Assembly: GCF_964194025.1 (NCBI RefSeq)
Contig: NC_134472.1
Coordinates: 59,892,001 to 59,956,000, forward strand
DNA: 64,000 nt
Source of the DNA: Convolutriloba macropyga
Lineage: Eukaryota
Reading direction: 5' to 3'
Shown here: positions 23,433 through 35,400 of the stretch, in pieces
How the letters are laid out: each line of letters begins with the position of its first letter
Numbering within the stretch: position 1 is the first letter of the stretch
Translations under genes and position numbers: made by a program
Notes under the pieces: model-generated
Seen by the model: only the letters and a program-made list of their open reading frames with translations
Database searches by the model: none
What the model was told of the DNA's origin: nothing

Positions 23433-24331
23433 CCCCAGTCTAGACCAGATGGTTATCTTGCAAGATTCTGTCAGAATCTTGCAAAAAAACTGCCTATCTT
23501 GCGAGATCTGGCAGAAAAAGGGTTACCCTGCAAGACCTGGCAGAAAAACGGTTATCTTGCAAGATCTGCCAGAAAAATGGTTATCTTGTGGGAGTCTTGC
23601 AAGTTCGCTCGGGTCGAGTTGTCCTCTTATTGGCTCTCATTCAAGCAACGCATTTCATTTTGACCAGAAATTTAATTAAGAACAAGACGCGTGTTTATTA
23701 AGAAAAAAAATTATTTTAAATGGATTTTAAATCTGGAAAGCTGAAATATCTGAAAAAAAACGAATAAAAATCTGCCTTTGAGAACTGTTAACACAAAATA
23801 AATTACTATTAAAAGCTGTTTTCCTTCAACTTTATCAAGATTTACATAACTACACGTCTAGATTACCTTCTCTGATGAAAAATTATGTGATATTATTCTT
23901 TGTATCTTAAACAGCTTCCTTTAATATAATTCAGCTCCTTACGCTTAAGTTTTCTTTCCAATGCCAAACAAAATGTGATTATTCACGGCGTGCCATTTTT
24001 TAAGCTTCGAAGGACTTTAGAAAAGCTTTCGTGCAAATCTCTTGCTGTCAGAATTACTCGCATTAATCAATTCATCTTGTAGGATCTTGTGCAGAAAAGT
24101 GGACATATTAGAGGATTCTGACAGAGAAATCATTATCTTGTAAGATTCAATTGCTATCTTACAAGATTCTGGCAGAAAAATGGCCATCTTGCAAGATTCA
24201 GGCAGAAAAATGGTTTTCTTGCAAGTTTTTGGCAGAAAAATGGTTATCTTGCAAGTTTCTGGCTGAATGAATGGTTATCTTGCAAGAATCTAACAGAATC
24301 TTGCAAGATAACTATTCGAAATCGACGGGGG
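23433..24331 (+). mobile_element. MITE-like element with subterminal ~21-bp repeats (GGTTATCTTGCAAGATTCTGGCAGAAAAAT-like), copy 1
   Basis: Termini CCCCAGTC...GACGGGG, repeat arrays at both ends. The whole element is the reverse complement of 24445-25369. Confidence 0.8.
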
Positions 24332-24444
24332 TTTCTTAATTGAAAATTTTATTTCAGTTGTGATTATTCAATAAGTAAGTAAATGGTTACTTTATTTGAG
24401 ACGCAGGCTGTCAAATAATACCATTCGAAATACACCTGGCAGTA

Positions 24445-25369
24445 CCCCAGTCGATTTAGAATGCTTATCTTGCGAGATTCTGGCAGATTCCGCCAGAATG
24501 TTGTAAGATTATGCATAATATTGCAAGATTTCTGTCAGAATCTTGCAAGATATCCATTCTTTCTGCCAGAAACCTGCAAGATAACCATTTTTTGGTCTGA
24601 AACTTGCAGTATAACCTTTTTTTACTGCCAGATTCTTGCAAGATAGCAAATTTTCTGCCAGAATCTTACAAGATAATCATTTCTCTGTCAGAATCTTCTA
24701 ATATATCCATTTTTTTGCAAAAGATCCTACAAGCTGAAATGATTATTGCGAGTAATTCATTCTTACAGCAAGATAAATGCGCGAAAATACTTCTGAAGTC
24801 CCTGGAAGCTCAAAAAAATGGCAAGCCGTGAATAATCACATTTTTGGGCAATGGCAAGAGAACTTAAGCGTAAGGAACTGAATTAAATGAAAGGAAGCTG
24901 TTTAAGATGCGAAGAATAATATCAAATTTTTCCATCATGAAATAAAATCTAGACATGCAGTTCTTTAAATCTTGATAAATTCGAAAGAAAATAATTTTTA
25001 ATAGTAATTTATGTTGTGTTAGCAGTTCTCAAAGACATATTTTAAATTTTTTATTCAGATAATTCATATTTCCGGATTAAAAATCTACTCAAATTTTTTT
25101 TTCTTTCAAAACACGCAACTGATTCTTAAGAAAATTTCTGGCCAAAAATTGCGTTGCATGAATGAGAGCCAATTAGAGGACAGCTCGACCGGAACGAACT
25201 TGCAAGAGTATTGCAAGATGACCATTTTTCTGGCAGATCTTGCAACGTAACCATTTTTCTGCAAGGTCTTGCAAGATTTCCCTTTTTCTGCCAGATCTTG
25301 CAAGATAGGCAGTTTGTTTGCAAGATTCTGACAGAATCTTGCAAGATAACCATCTGGTCTAGACTGGAG
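24445..25369 (-). mobile_element. Same MITE family, copy 2, inverted
   Basis: TA|CCCCAGTC...GACTGGAG|TA; flanked by TA on both sides. Confidence 0.8.
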
Positions 25370-25390
25370 TAGACACCTGTCAATAGAGTA

Positions 25391-25877
25391 CCCCGGACCT
25401 TAGTGCCATAGTAATTCAGTGCTGAAACATTGGATTCGGTTTGTATATCGTCGGCCCAGTACTGTATCAGTGTATCCTAAGAGTATCTTACTACTCATGA
25501 TGTACAGGACAAGTCCCATAGATACTTTTTTTCTGCAAATAGTCTGTGCATCCTTTTGATTCCCATAATATTCATAGCAAAATCATGATAAATTGTGAAA
25601 ATTTTGAAAAAGTTTGAAATTTTGGGCGATGCCCTTTTTGAGCATGATAAAGAATTACAATCTTAAAATGTTGCAAGAAACGTATTAAGATTAGCAAAAA
25701 GCCCGCCAAAACCAGTAAACACACGCCAAAAACCAGAAAAAAACACGCCGAGTGCCTGAAAACTGACAAATTCTCAAAGTTTTAGCTCCGACAAAAACAG
25801 ATACAGTTCTGGGCCGACGATATACAAATGGAGTACAATGTTTCGAGACTGATATGCTATGGGACAAAGGTCCGAAA
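25391..25877. mobile_element. MITE with ~75-bp terminal inverted repeats
   Basis: 25394-25468 (CGGACCTTAG...TTTGTATATCGTCGGCCCAGTACTGTATC) is the reverse complement of 25800-25874. Confidence 0.75.
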
Positions 25878-26577
25878 AATTTGGACCTAATGTGTTGTTT
25901 TTGAAGTCGTGCTTTAAATTTATCTGAAGAACAAACGCAAGCATGATTGAGCTTTTAAGGCCCATTAGTAGGCACGGACGTTTGAACTACCCACAAGTAT
26001 AAAAATGCCGTTCCAAAACAGCTTTGTTATCTGGCAAAATTTGTTTTGATTTTGATGTTTTCTTTGTCTGCAGTTTCAGGCCACAGTTTTTATTTTAAAA
26101 AGCTCTATTCATTTTTGAAATTTATGCTTTTATCTTAAAAAAAGTACGGTGACTTATTGATTGACACGAAAGAGATTAATTTTTTGGGATAAATTGTATG
26201 AAATCGGGCATTTACGCGAGTCTTTCCTTCATTATAGCAACCCTCGCCACGAAATTGTAGACCCCTTTTTGCAATTTTACTGTAATTTCGGATTTATCTA
26301 ATACTTTATATACCCAGGAAAGACCCATTTTCGTGTTTGACTTTCTTCGTTTTTTGTGATAAATTCATATACTAATGCTGAAGTGTTTTTCCAGTGTCAA
26401 TTGGGCTTTAAGATTTATTACACTGGCAGTTTATTTGACTGCTATTATCGCAACAGGTGTTGATTAAATCTGAATGACCTATTTGTATCTGGGGGGACCA
26501 GAATAGATTAGCACTTTAAGTGAAAGTTTTTTGTTGCAGCGGTGGGAAAAACTAAGTGGATGGAGAATTTCGGATAT

Positions 26578-26768
26578 CTGTGGGCAAATTCGGACAACTT
26601 TGGGAAATTCGAAAAACTTTGGGCAAATTCGGACAACTTTGGGCAAATTCGAAAAACTTTGGGCAAATTCGGACAACTTTGGGCAAATTCGGACAACTTT
26701 GGGCAATTTCGGACAACTTTGGGCAATTTCGGACAACTTTGGACAATTTCGGACAACTGCGGGCAAAG
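26578..26768. repeat. 20-bp minisatellite (TTTGGGCAAATTCGGACAAC, ~9.5 copies)
   Basis: Directly visible tandem array; explains the six overlapping repetitive ORFs. Confidence 0.95.
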
Positions 26769-26906
26769 TTGATGTTAAATGGACTGAATTCTTAAACTAA
26801 AAACAATAGACTCTTTTACAAATTAAATATCCTATTTCGGGTGTAATTCACTGTATTCTGCTCTTTTGTTACTATACGCACGTGCCCTCTACTTGCCGTA
26901 TTATTT

Positions 26907-27084
26907 AAACACGTGTACAAGCCATTCCATACGTAGTAAACACGTGTCCAACCCATTCCATACGTCGTAAACACGTGTACAAACCATTCCATATGTAGGA
27001 AACACGTGTACAACCAATACCATATGTAGGAAACACGTGTACAACCCATACCATATGTAGGAAACACGTGTACAACCCATGCCA
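26907..27084. repeat. 31-bp minisatellite (AAACACGTGTACAACCCATACCATATGTAGG, ~6 copies)
   Basis: Directly visible tandem array; each unit contains ACACGTGT. Confidence 0.95.
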
Positions 27085-30000
27085 AATATATTGTACCCTG
27101 AAATATATTTTTCACAGGAAAAACTGAGAATGATTTTTTTTACGGCTCAGAGTATTTTAAGGCTGAAAATTTATAATGTTTCAGACTAAATTCAGAGAAA
27201 CCTTTTTTGTTCTGAATTTTACCATGAAAACTCTAAAAAATGACTTGATCATAGTACTGGTCAGAGTAAAAATACAGAAATGAAAAACTATGGTTCAGTA
27301 CTGATTTTGTCTGTGGGTCCAGTGTGGGACTGTCAATTGTCAAATGTACATAGAACTGATTTTTTCTCTCTCACTTTCTCTGGTTGGATGTGTTCTTTGG
27401 AAGTGTGTGGCGATGTCTTTTCCAGGGGCTTTTTCTGGTATTATTTTTATAATTCTCTCCCAACAATTCAAAACGATTATCAACATTCTGGTAAATTGAT
27501 ACATCATCAAGCGTTAAATAAGTTTTAAAAGCTCGATTAAGACAAATTTCTAATTGTAAATAAAAATTTCCTAAGTTTTCAGCAGTAGGGAGTTTGCATA
27601 ATTGCAGTTATTTTACCTAATCGGTAATTTTTTTTTGTCGTTTCTCAAATTGAGAATTCCTAGTTTCCCTTTATCATTTCGTTTATCACTAGCGAAGCCT
27701 TCGGATACCAATTCAGTATTTTCGAAGTTTAGGGTGGAATAATTGTCGAAAGCAGATCACATTTTAGTGAAAATCTCAGATTTAACACTGTCCATAATCT
27801 ATCACAGAAAAATGTCAGTAAATATTAAGCAATCAATTATTAATACCAGGCCACAAACGCTTTGATACCAAATCAGGGTCAATCTGAATAGAGAAATTAT
27901 CGAGCACGCATCAAAAAAACACAGTTTTCTAAGATATTAGAAGGAGGAAAATATTTCTTTGAAAAAAAGGTAAATGGGAAGTCACTTAAACTGAAAGCTG
28001 TGTAATACCTGTTTCTTACAATTTTTAAACTTTAGTTCTCTTGACAACAAAAAAAGATGGAAGCCTAAACTTCAAAAAAATTGTAGGACTATTTTTGTCA
28101 TATCCATCGAATCTCCGACCATCTACGATCATCCATCTGAACATTGTTGAACTAACTATAAAGAAGTGACTAATTTTTTCAAGTTTAAGCAAATCAAAAT
28201 AGTTCTTTAAAAACGTAAAAAAACGGTAATTTTTGAAAAATTTCATGAGATGGGGACCTGATGTAACTCGAATGATTTAAGCTCTGATAAAAATTTGTCA
28301 ATGAGCTGAAGACTATGCTCATATTACACTTGACGACATTTCGATTTTTGATCCTTCACAAAAAATTTACCGAACATGTTAGAAATCTAATCAACCCTGA
28401 TGGTACCATTTTTGTTTATACAAGAATTCTGAAAAGTAGTTGAAAGCAAAACCACTAATTTCCTAGCAATTCAACTGGAAAAAATTTCGATTAACATAAA
28501 GTTTTGGTAAATTATAAAACAAATTTCTACAAAAATTTTTTTCGCAGGATTTGTCAAAAAAGATAACTTTCATTTTGAAGAAAAGATTATATTAATCCCG
28601 GGCCCATTATGGAAGCATTATATCAACAACTAAATAAAAAAGATTTTTATTGCGAACATAATTTTTCGAAAAATGTTGTCTTTGCCCTCATATTATCGCA
28701 GTTGATAAAATTAAATAATTTTTATGAGATTTTAATTTGGAAGGCTAACTGAAAAACAAAATTGGTTTTTTTGAGGTTACTTTTTTTTCTCTTCGATTCA
28801 AGAGCAGACACACCAGAGCAAAAATGGCGGTTGTCGTTTCGAAAAGTCTCAAATAAAAAATTATTTTACTTTTTATAACAGAGAAACGAGTGGGTTGTTT
28901 TCAAAAATTTCAAGAACTCGGCAAAATTAATCTTTTCCAGAAGGTTTCAATAAAATAAATTCTATCAGAACATATAGGTAATATAAAGTACTGTTAAAGA
29001 GTTCTTACTGATTAGCTCAATTCACTAGTTTTGTCGTTATGGATTTTCTTTTACCTGATCACGCTTAATTTATAATCAGTTTGATTCACCGCATTATGCG
29101 TAGAATCTTTGTGAAGTTTTTTTTCTCCTCTCAATTTACTCACTCCAATTGCGCTCTTAAAATTTCGTTACAATTTCGATGAGAACAAATATAGTGTAGC
29201 ATTTTCTTACCTCCTCGACATTGATTAAACAATTTTTTGTTCATCAGCACCCAATAGAAGAATTACTAGCCTGATTTTAGTTACTTTTTTTCCAATGTTT
29301 CATTTGCTGAGGACAATTTGAATTTTAAAGTTTTCAGTTCAACGCGATTTTGCGATAAATAGTATGAATTTTAGATACTTATGACGCTCATTTCGTCTTT
29401 CGGTGCTTAAGAGTTTTCCGAGATTCCCTGAAATCGATTAGTAAAACCACAAGGGGTAACAACAACCTCTTAGATTATTTGATTATTGTGTTGAATATTT
29501 GGGTTATTTTGAACCAAGTGCTGTCCCTGCTAAACGTTATCGAGTCGATTACGATGGGTTGTCTTAAAAGATTCTGGCAGGATACATCATCTTGCTAGAT
29601 TTTCTTTCAAAATCTCTCAAGATCTTAAAAGATAACAATTCGCCCATCAACAATAGGCATTCATCTTGCAAATCATGTTGCAGCTAAATATAATAATATG
29701 ATAAAAAAGAATCACAATGAGAGGAGAACGTTGTTTCCAATCATTTTTTTCTGATGATAAAGATTTACCTGCAATGTTGTATCACTTTTGATTCTTTTGA
29801 GCGAACTAAAAAGTGATCATTTTAAATAGAATATATGTAAATTTGCAAAAAAAAATGCCCAACGGGAAAAAATGTGAACTAATTAAAGTAACAGAACATT
29901 TAGAGTTGAAGAAACGATTAATTTTGGAAAAATCAAGGTATTGCTCAACGAAGCCGACAAAGTTGAACTTTATACATAAATTATACTTATACTTTAAAAA

Positions 30001-31632
30001 ATGAAAGTAGTAGTTGTTGAAAAACGAAAGAAATGCTCAACTAACAAAAAAAACTACTTTTAGTTGATTCAACTTATGTTGTACTTTAATAAAAACTCAG
30101 ATATCTGTTCTAAGCTCTGTTTCAATTTATCACTTAAAAATCATCCAATTTTTCGAGAAATTTTTGCGCTAAATGAAAAAAAATGCCACTAACAGCCAAT
30201 GAGAGCAGAGCGCCACCAGAAAAAAAACATGCAAAAAATATTTGAAAGTATAGCCATTTTTGCAAGCAATTTGTATGGGATAAACATCTAGTTTTGACTA
30301 GCCTTGTCCTCGTACTGCTTATTCGGATTGACATCATTTTTATTTGATTTCACATTCAGCCACAAAACTTACATTCGTCTTTTTTGGGCCGATGTGACCA
30401 AAGCGTGGATAAATGTGACAAAACATCGCCAAAATTTTCCACGATTTATGTCACTCCTTTCCTCGGTCTTTTTTGCATTCAACTAGCCTGCAGCTAGATT
30501 TCTTCATTTTTTTACTAATGATATATGTCATAGTTCAGAAAATTAATTTTTGTAATATCATATCACGAGTATATTCAAACCAGCTATTTGCTCTTGTAAT
30601 CATCAATGAGTAAAATGATGTAAGAATAGGGAGTAAATTAATTTGGGTGATGTAAGATTTGGGGGTAATTTTCTAGGCGGATAAAAATGAAATGATTTTA
30701 GGGGGAAATTAATTTAAATTAATGGGAAATTGAACAACAATGAAGTTAGTGTGATAAATTAAGGAGATATGAGCTGTATTAGGCAGAATTTCTAAAACGT
30801 AAAAAACGGTAATTTTTGAAAAATTTCATGAGATGGGAACCTGATGTAACTCGCATGATTTAAGTTCTGATAAAAATTTGTCAATGAGCTGAAGACTATG
30901 CTCATATTACATTTGACGACATTTCGATTTTTGATTCTCCACAAAAAATTTACCGAACATGTTAGAAATCTAATCAACCCTGATGTTACCATTTTTGTTT
31001 ATACAAGAATTCTGAAAAGTATTTGAAAGCAAAACCGCTAATTTCCTAGCAACTCAACTGGAAAAAATTTTGATTAACATAATGTTTTGGTAAATTATAA
31101 AACAAATTTCTACAAAAATTTGTTTCGCAGGATTTGTCAAAAAAGATAACTTTCATTTTGAAGAAAAGATTATCTTAATCCCAGGCTCATTATGGAAGCA
31201 TTGTATCAACAACTAAATAAAAAAGATTTTTATTGCCAACAAAATTTTTTGAAAAACGTTGTTTTTGCCCTCATATTATGGCAGTTGACAAAATTTTATA
31301 ATTTTAATGAGATTTTAATTTGTAAGGCAATGAAAATTAGACTTTTTGAGATTACATTTTTTTCTTTTTATTTCAAGAGCAGACACACCAGAGCAAAAAT
31401 GGCGGTTGTCGTTTCGAAAAGTCTCAATTAAAAAACTATTTTACTTTTTATTGCAGAGAAACGACTGGGTTGTTTTCAAAAATTTCAAGAACTCGGCAAA
31501 ATAAATGTTTTCCAGAAGGTTTCTATAAAATAAATTCTATCAGAACATATAGGTAATATAAAGTGATGTAAAGAGTTCTGACTGATTAGCTCAATTACCT
31601 AATTTTGTCGTTATGGATTTTCTTTTACCTGA

Positions 31633-31833
31633 TGTTCAAGGGCTAAAGAACTTTTAAGATCTCAACAAAATTGTAACCAAGAATTACAACGTGTCCTAAC
31701 AAATTCACAAGAATTGTAACTTCAAAAGGAGAAGTTTGTTTCCGTTTGGATTCAAAAAGCTTTACATAAGCGAAAAAAGCGTTGAAGCAGAGCTTCATTA
31801 GTAATCGAATATTTTGAAATGAACTTGTATTCA
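31633..31833 (+). repeat. BEL/Pao 5' LTR
   Basis: TGTTCAAGG...GTATTCA, direct repeat of 38782-38983. Confidence 0.95.
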
Positions 31834-31837
31834 TTTC

Positions 31838-31849
31838 TGGTCCGCCGAC
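31838..31849 (+). promoter_or_regulatory. BEL/Pao primer-binding site (probably tRNA-Tyr)
   Basis: TGGTCCGCCGAC, 4 nt after the 5' LTR. BEL/Pao elements commonly have TGGTCC..CGA tRNA-Tyr PBSs. Confidence 0.65.
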
Positions 31850-32491
31850 TAAAATCATGGGATATACCTTAGAATTAGAGTGAGCAAACGCACGCGGGTC
31901 AGGAACAGCTCACATTAGACAGTAGATTTTCTATCGGGGGAGGTACATAAGACTAAGATAGGCTGAGTTGGGGCATCAAAAATAAGCTACACCACTAGAT
32001 AACCATCCCCCCTCAGTTCAATTAAGTTGATTAACTTAAATTTACTGACAGGTTGATTAACCTGGGTCCCGGAACAAGAGTTATCTAGTGGGGGAACAAA
32101 TATATGCCAAGTGTTTTTTTAGTCATTTTTTTTTTGAAAACCAAGGACGGCGAAACCGTCACACTAGGTAGCATTAATCGTCCCCTCTGCGGTTCTTAGA
32201 ATAAGTGTAACGTTTTTTGTGTTTTGCGGTTGTGTTATTGGCCGGGGACAGATAGTGGGGATCTTTTTGTGGTTTTCTTTGTTTACATTTAGCAACAATC
32301 ATCCGCATCAAAGACACCCAAACCAAAGACCGACACAGCAAAAACAAAGACACAGCAAAAACCAACACAGCAAAGACAAAGACACAGTAAAGAACAACAG
32401 AGCAAAGGCAAAGAGACAGCAAAAATAAAGCAACTAATTAATCACCAAAGCCACAGACAAAAGACAAAGCACCAAACAAAAGTCTTCAACA

Positions 32492-35400
32492 ATGACAGAC
32501 AACCTCGAGAGATTGAAAAAGTCAAGAACAGCCCACCGCACCGTTGCAACCAGATTAAACAACGAAGCCAAAACAATTACTGATAGACCTGGACAAAATG
32601 TCAGTGAAGAGGAGCTCAAACGACTGGAACAAAGCTCGACATTGTTGACAAAAAACAGTTGTACCTGTCAGACATGAATCAGAAAGTTCAAAACTTGATC
32701 GATGACACCGACCGACTCGACGAAGAAATCGAAGAATCGGAAGATTTCGACGACAAGATAGGACAACATGTTGACCTAATCAACCACTTTGTCATGTACA
32801 AAAAAACCCCAGCCAGAACTTCAACATCACGATTAGCAACTGGACCACCGTCCATCGCCATCGTGAAGCTGCCGAAGCTGGAATTGCCAAATTTTTGCGG
32901 AGACTACAAGGATTGGACGTCTTTCTTCAATGGAGCAGTGACAAGCAACAGCCAGATAACAGACAGTCAAAAGTTGCAGTATCTGAAAACATCAGTGAAA
33001 GGAGACGCCGCAAAGCTTTTGACCTCTCTCCAAATCACAGAAGCAAACTTCAGTACAGCATGCAACATCCTGAGGAACAGATACGACAACAAATGTCTTA
33101 TTCTACGAGCCCATGTTCATGCAATAGTTTCACAGAAGCCGGTAACAAATGAAAACCCAAAGGCACTTCGAGATCTCATGTAGACAATAGAAGAATACAG
33201 AATAGCGCTCTGCAATCTTGGACGGCCCGTGGACAATCAGGACATCTTTTTCGTGGCCCTGATTGCAGAGAAATTGCCCGCCGAAACGAGAAAATGTTGG
33301 GAACTTTCAACTACAGGAAAAAATCCCCAAAGCTATCTTGATATGAAAAACTTCATGGAAGAAAGAACACGCGCCATTGAAGCAGTCACACAGCAGTCAG
33401 CAACAGCCATCGACAAGAAGCCCACAAGCAGCCCACAACTTCGAAGATTCCATTCACATATAGCCACATCAGCGACTAAAACGTGTGAATGTTGCGACGA
33501 AAACCACAAAATTTATCAATGCCAAAGTTTCAAAGCACTTTCAGTACAGGACCGAGCTCAGTTGATCAAGACAAAAGGACTTTGCTTCAATTGCCTCCGC
33601 CCTGAACATCAAAACGAAAAATACAATTGTTCAACTTGTAAGAAATGCAAACGAAAGCAAAACAGTCTTTTGCATTTGGAAGCCAATAACAAATCGAGGA
33701 CAGCTTCAACAGCGCCAACGATTACAACTAGCAGCACGTCACCACAAGAAGCAAGCAATCAAGCAGCAAAAACAGTCAACAAAAACAAAGAAAAATTTGC
33801 AGCCGCAGCACAGTCGCAGAATGAAGAAGAAGAAGAAGAAGAAGTATTTCTTCCCACCGCAATCGTTTCGGTGGACAACAACGAAAAAACAACTGATATT
33901 AGAGCAATTTTAGAATCAGGATCCCAAAGCAACCTCATCGCGGAAGATGCAGTACAACGCCTTGGATTGAAAAAAGAAAAAGCCGACGGCCAAGTTTTTG
34001 GACTCGGAGCTCAAGAAGTCAACAACAGCTAAGGATCAGTAAACTTGATTCTGAAAACGAAGGACGAAGACTTCATCAACATCAGAGCAACCGTCTTAGG
34101 CAAATTGACCAGCATTCTGCCTTCACATCATGTGAATGTCAGCGGTTGGACAAAACTTCAGAACCTCAGTCTTGCGGACCCAAACTTCAATCAGCCATCC
34201 ACCGTTGACTTGATAATTGGAGCAGGACACTATGAAGAACTGATGATTGGAGACAACAGAATCAAGGAACCTCAAAAGCCAATTACCTACCGCCTATCTT
34301 GTTTTGTTTGGCTCGTGATCGGACGTGAGAGTCAACTTGAAAAGAAGAGTACTCAACTTCAGTTTTTCGTTTGTTCAGAACCAGACAATTTACAGCAATT
34401 CTGGGAAATTGAAGAAATTCCGAAAACAACACAGTGGACATCAGAATAGAAATGCGAAGATCACTTCAAAAGTACCAAACGACGCAACTCAGAGGGAAGA
34501 TTTGTTGTGAAACTCCCTTTCAAAGAAGACTCCAAACCCCTGGGTGACTCGTACCATTAAGCGAAAAGAAGACTACGAAGCCTCATCTTCCGACTGGAGA
34601 AACAACCTGATGTATACAACAGATATAGTCAGTTATTCAGGAATTCATTCAACTTGGACACATGGTAGAAGTTCCCAGAAATAAAATTCATATGCCTTCC
34701 ACAAACTGTTTCTACTTGCCACATCATTGTGTCATCAAGGACGCCAGCAGCACAACTAAAGTCAGAGTCGTATTTGATGCTTCAGCTAGGTCAACCGGTG
34801 GAGTATCTTTAAACGACCGTCTCTTGGTTGAAAATCAACTTCAAAAGGATCTGTTTGGAATTCTGTTTCGTTTTCGGTTCCATCAAGTAGCACTATTTGC
34901 CGACATTGCCAAGATGTACCGACAAGTTCAGCTTGACGATGAAGACAAGGATTTTCACAGGGTTTTGTGGAAAAATCCAAATGACACAGAGGTGAAAAGA
35001 TACAGAATGACAAGGGTGACCTATGGAATAGCATCATCTTCCTACCACTCAATTAGACCTCTCAAAGCCTTAGCAGACAGTTGCACCAACAGCCATCTCC
35101 GCCTTGCAATCAATAACGACATGTATGTGGACGATTTGCTAAAAGGAGCCTCAGATGTTGAGCACGCCGCTCAATTACAGGACGAAATCATCGCAACACT
35201 GAAAACAGCTTGTTTTGATAAACGAAAATGGACATCAAGTCTTTCGTCACTTGCTGAGCGATTGCCTTCCAGTTTTTGCGAAACTTCAGACGAAATGATA
35301 ATCAACAGCAACGACTACGCAGTTAAAACCCTTGGAATAAATTAGAGCCCTGTTCCAGATCATTTCACGTTCACAGTTTGCCTGGACAAGAATTTTTCTA

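Noticed and set aside
23337-25383. ORFs with repeated ILQDS/YLARF motifs
   Set aside because: Translations of MITE subterminal repeats.
26479-26800. Six overlapping repetitive ORFs (CPKLSEFAQS / NFGQIRTTLG)
   Set aside because: Artefact of a stop-poor 20-bp minisatellite; no splice or start context.
26578-27084. Repeat arrays resembling CRISPR
   Set aside because: Head-to-tail repeats with no unique spacers and no cas genes, in a eukaryotic context.
32174-32428. Hydrophobic TM-like and K/Q-rich ORFs
   Set aside because: By-products of the A/C-skewed BEL leader.
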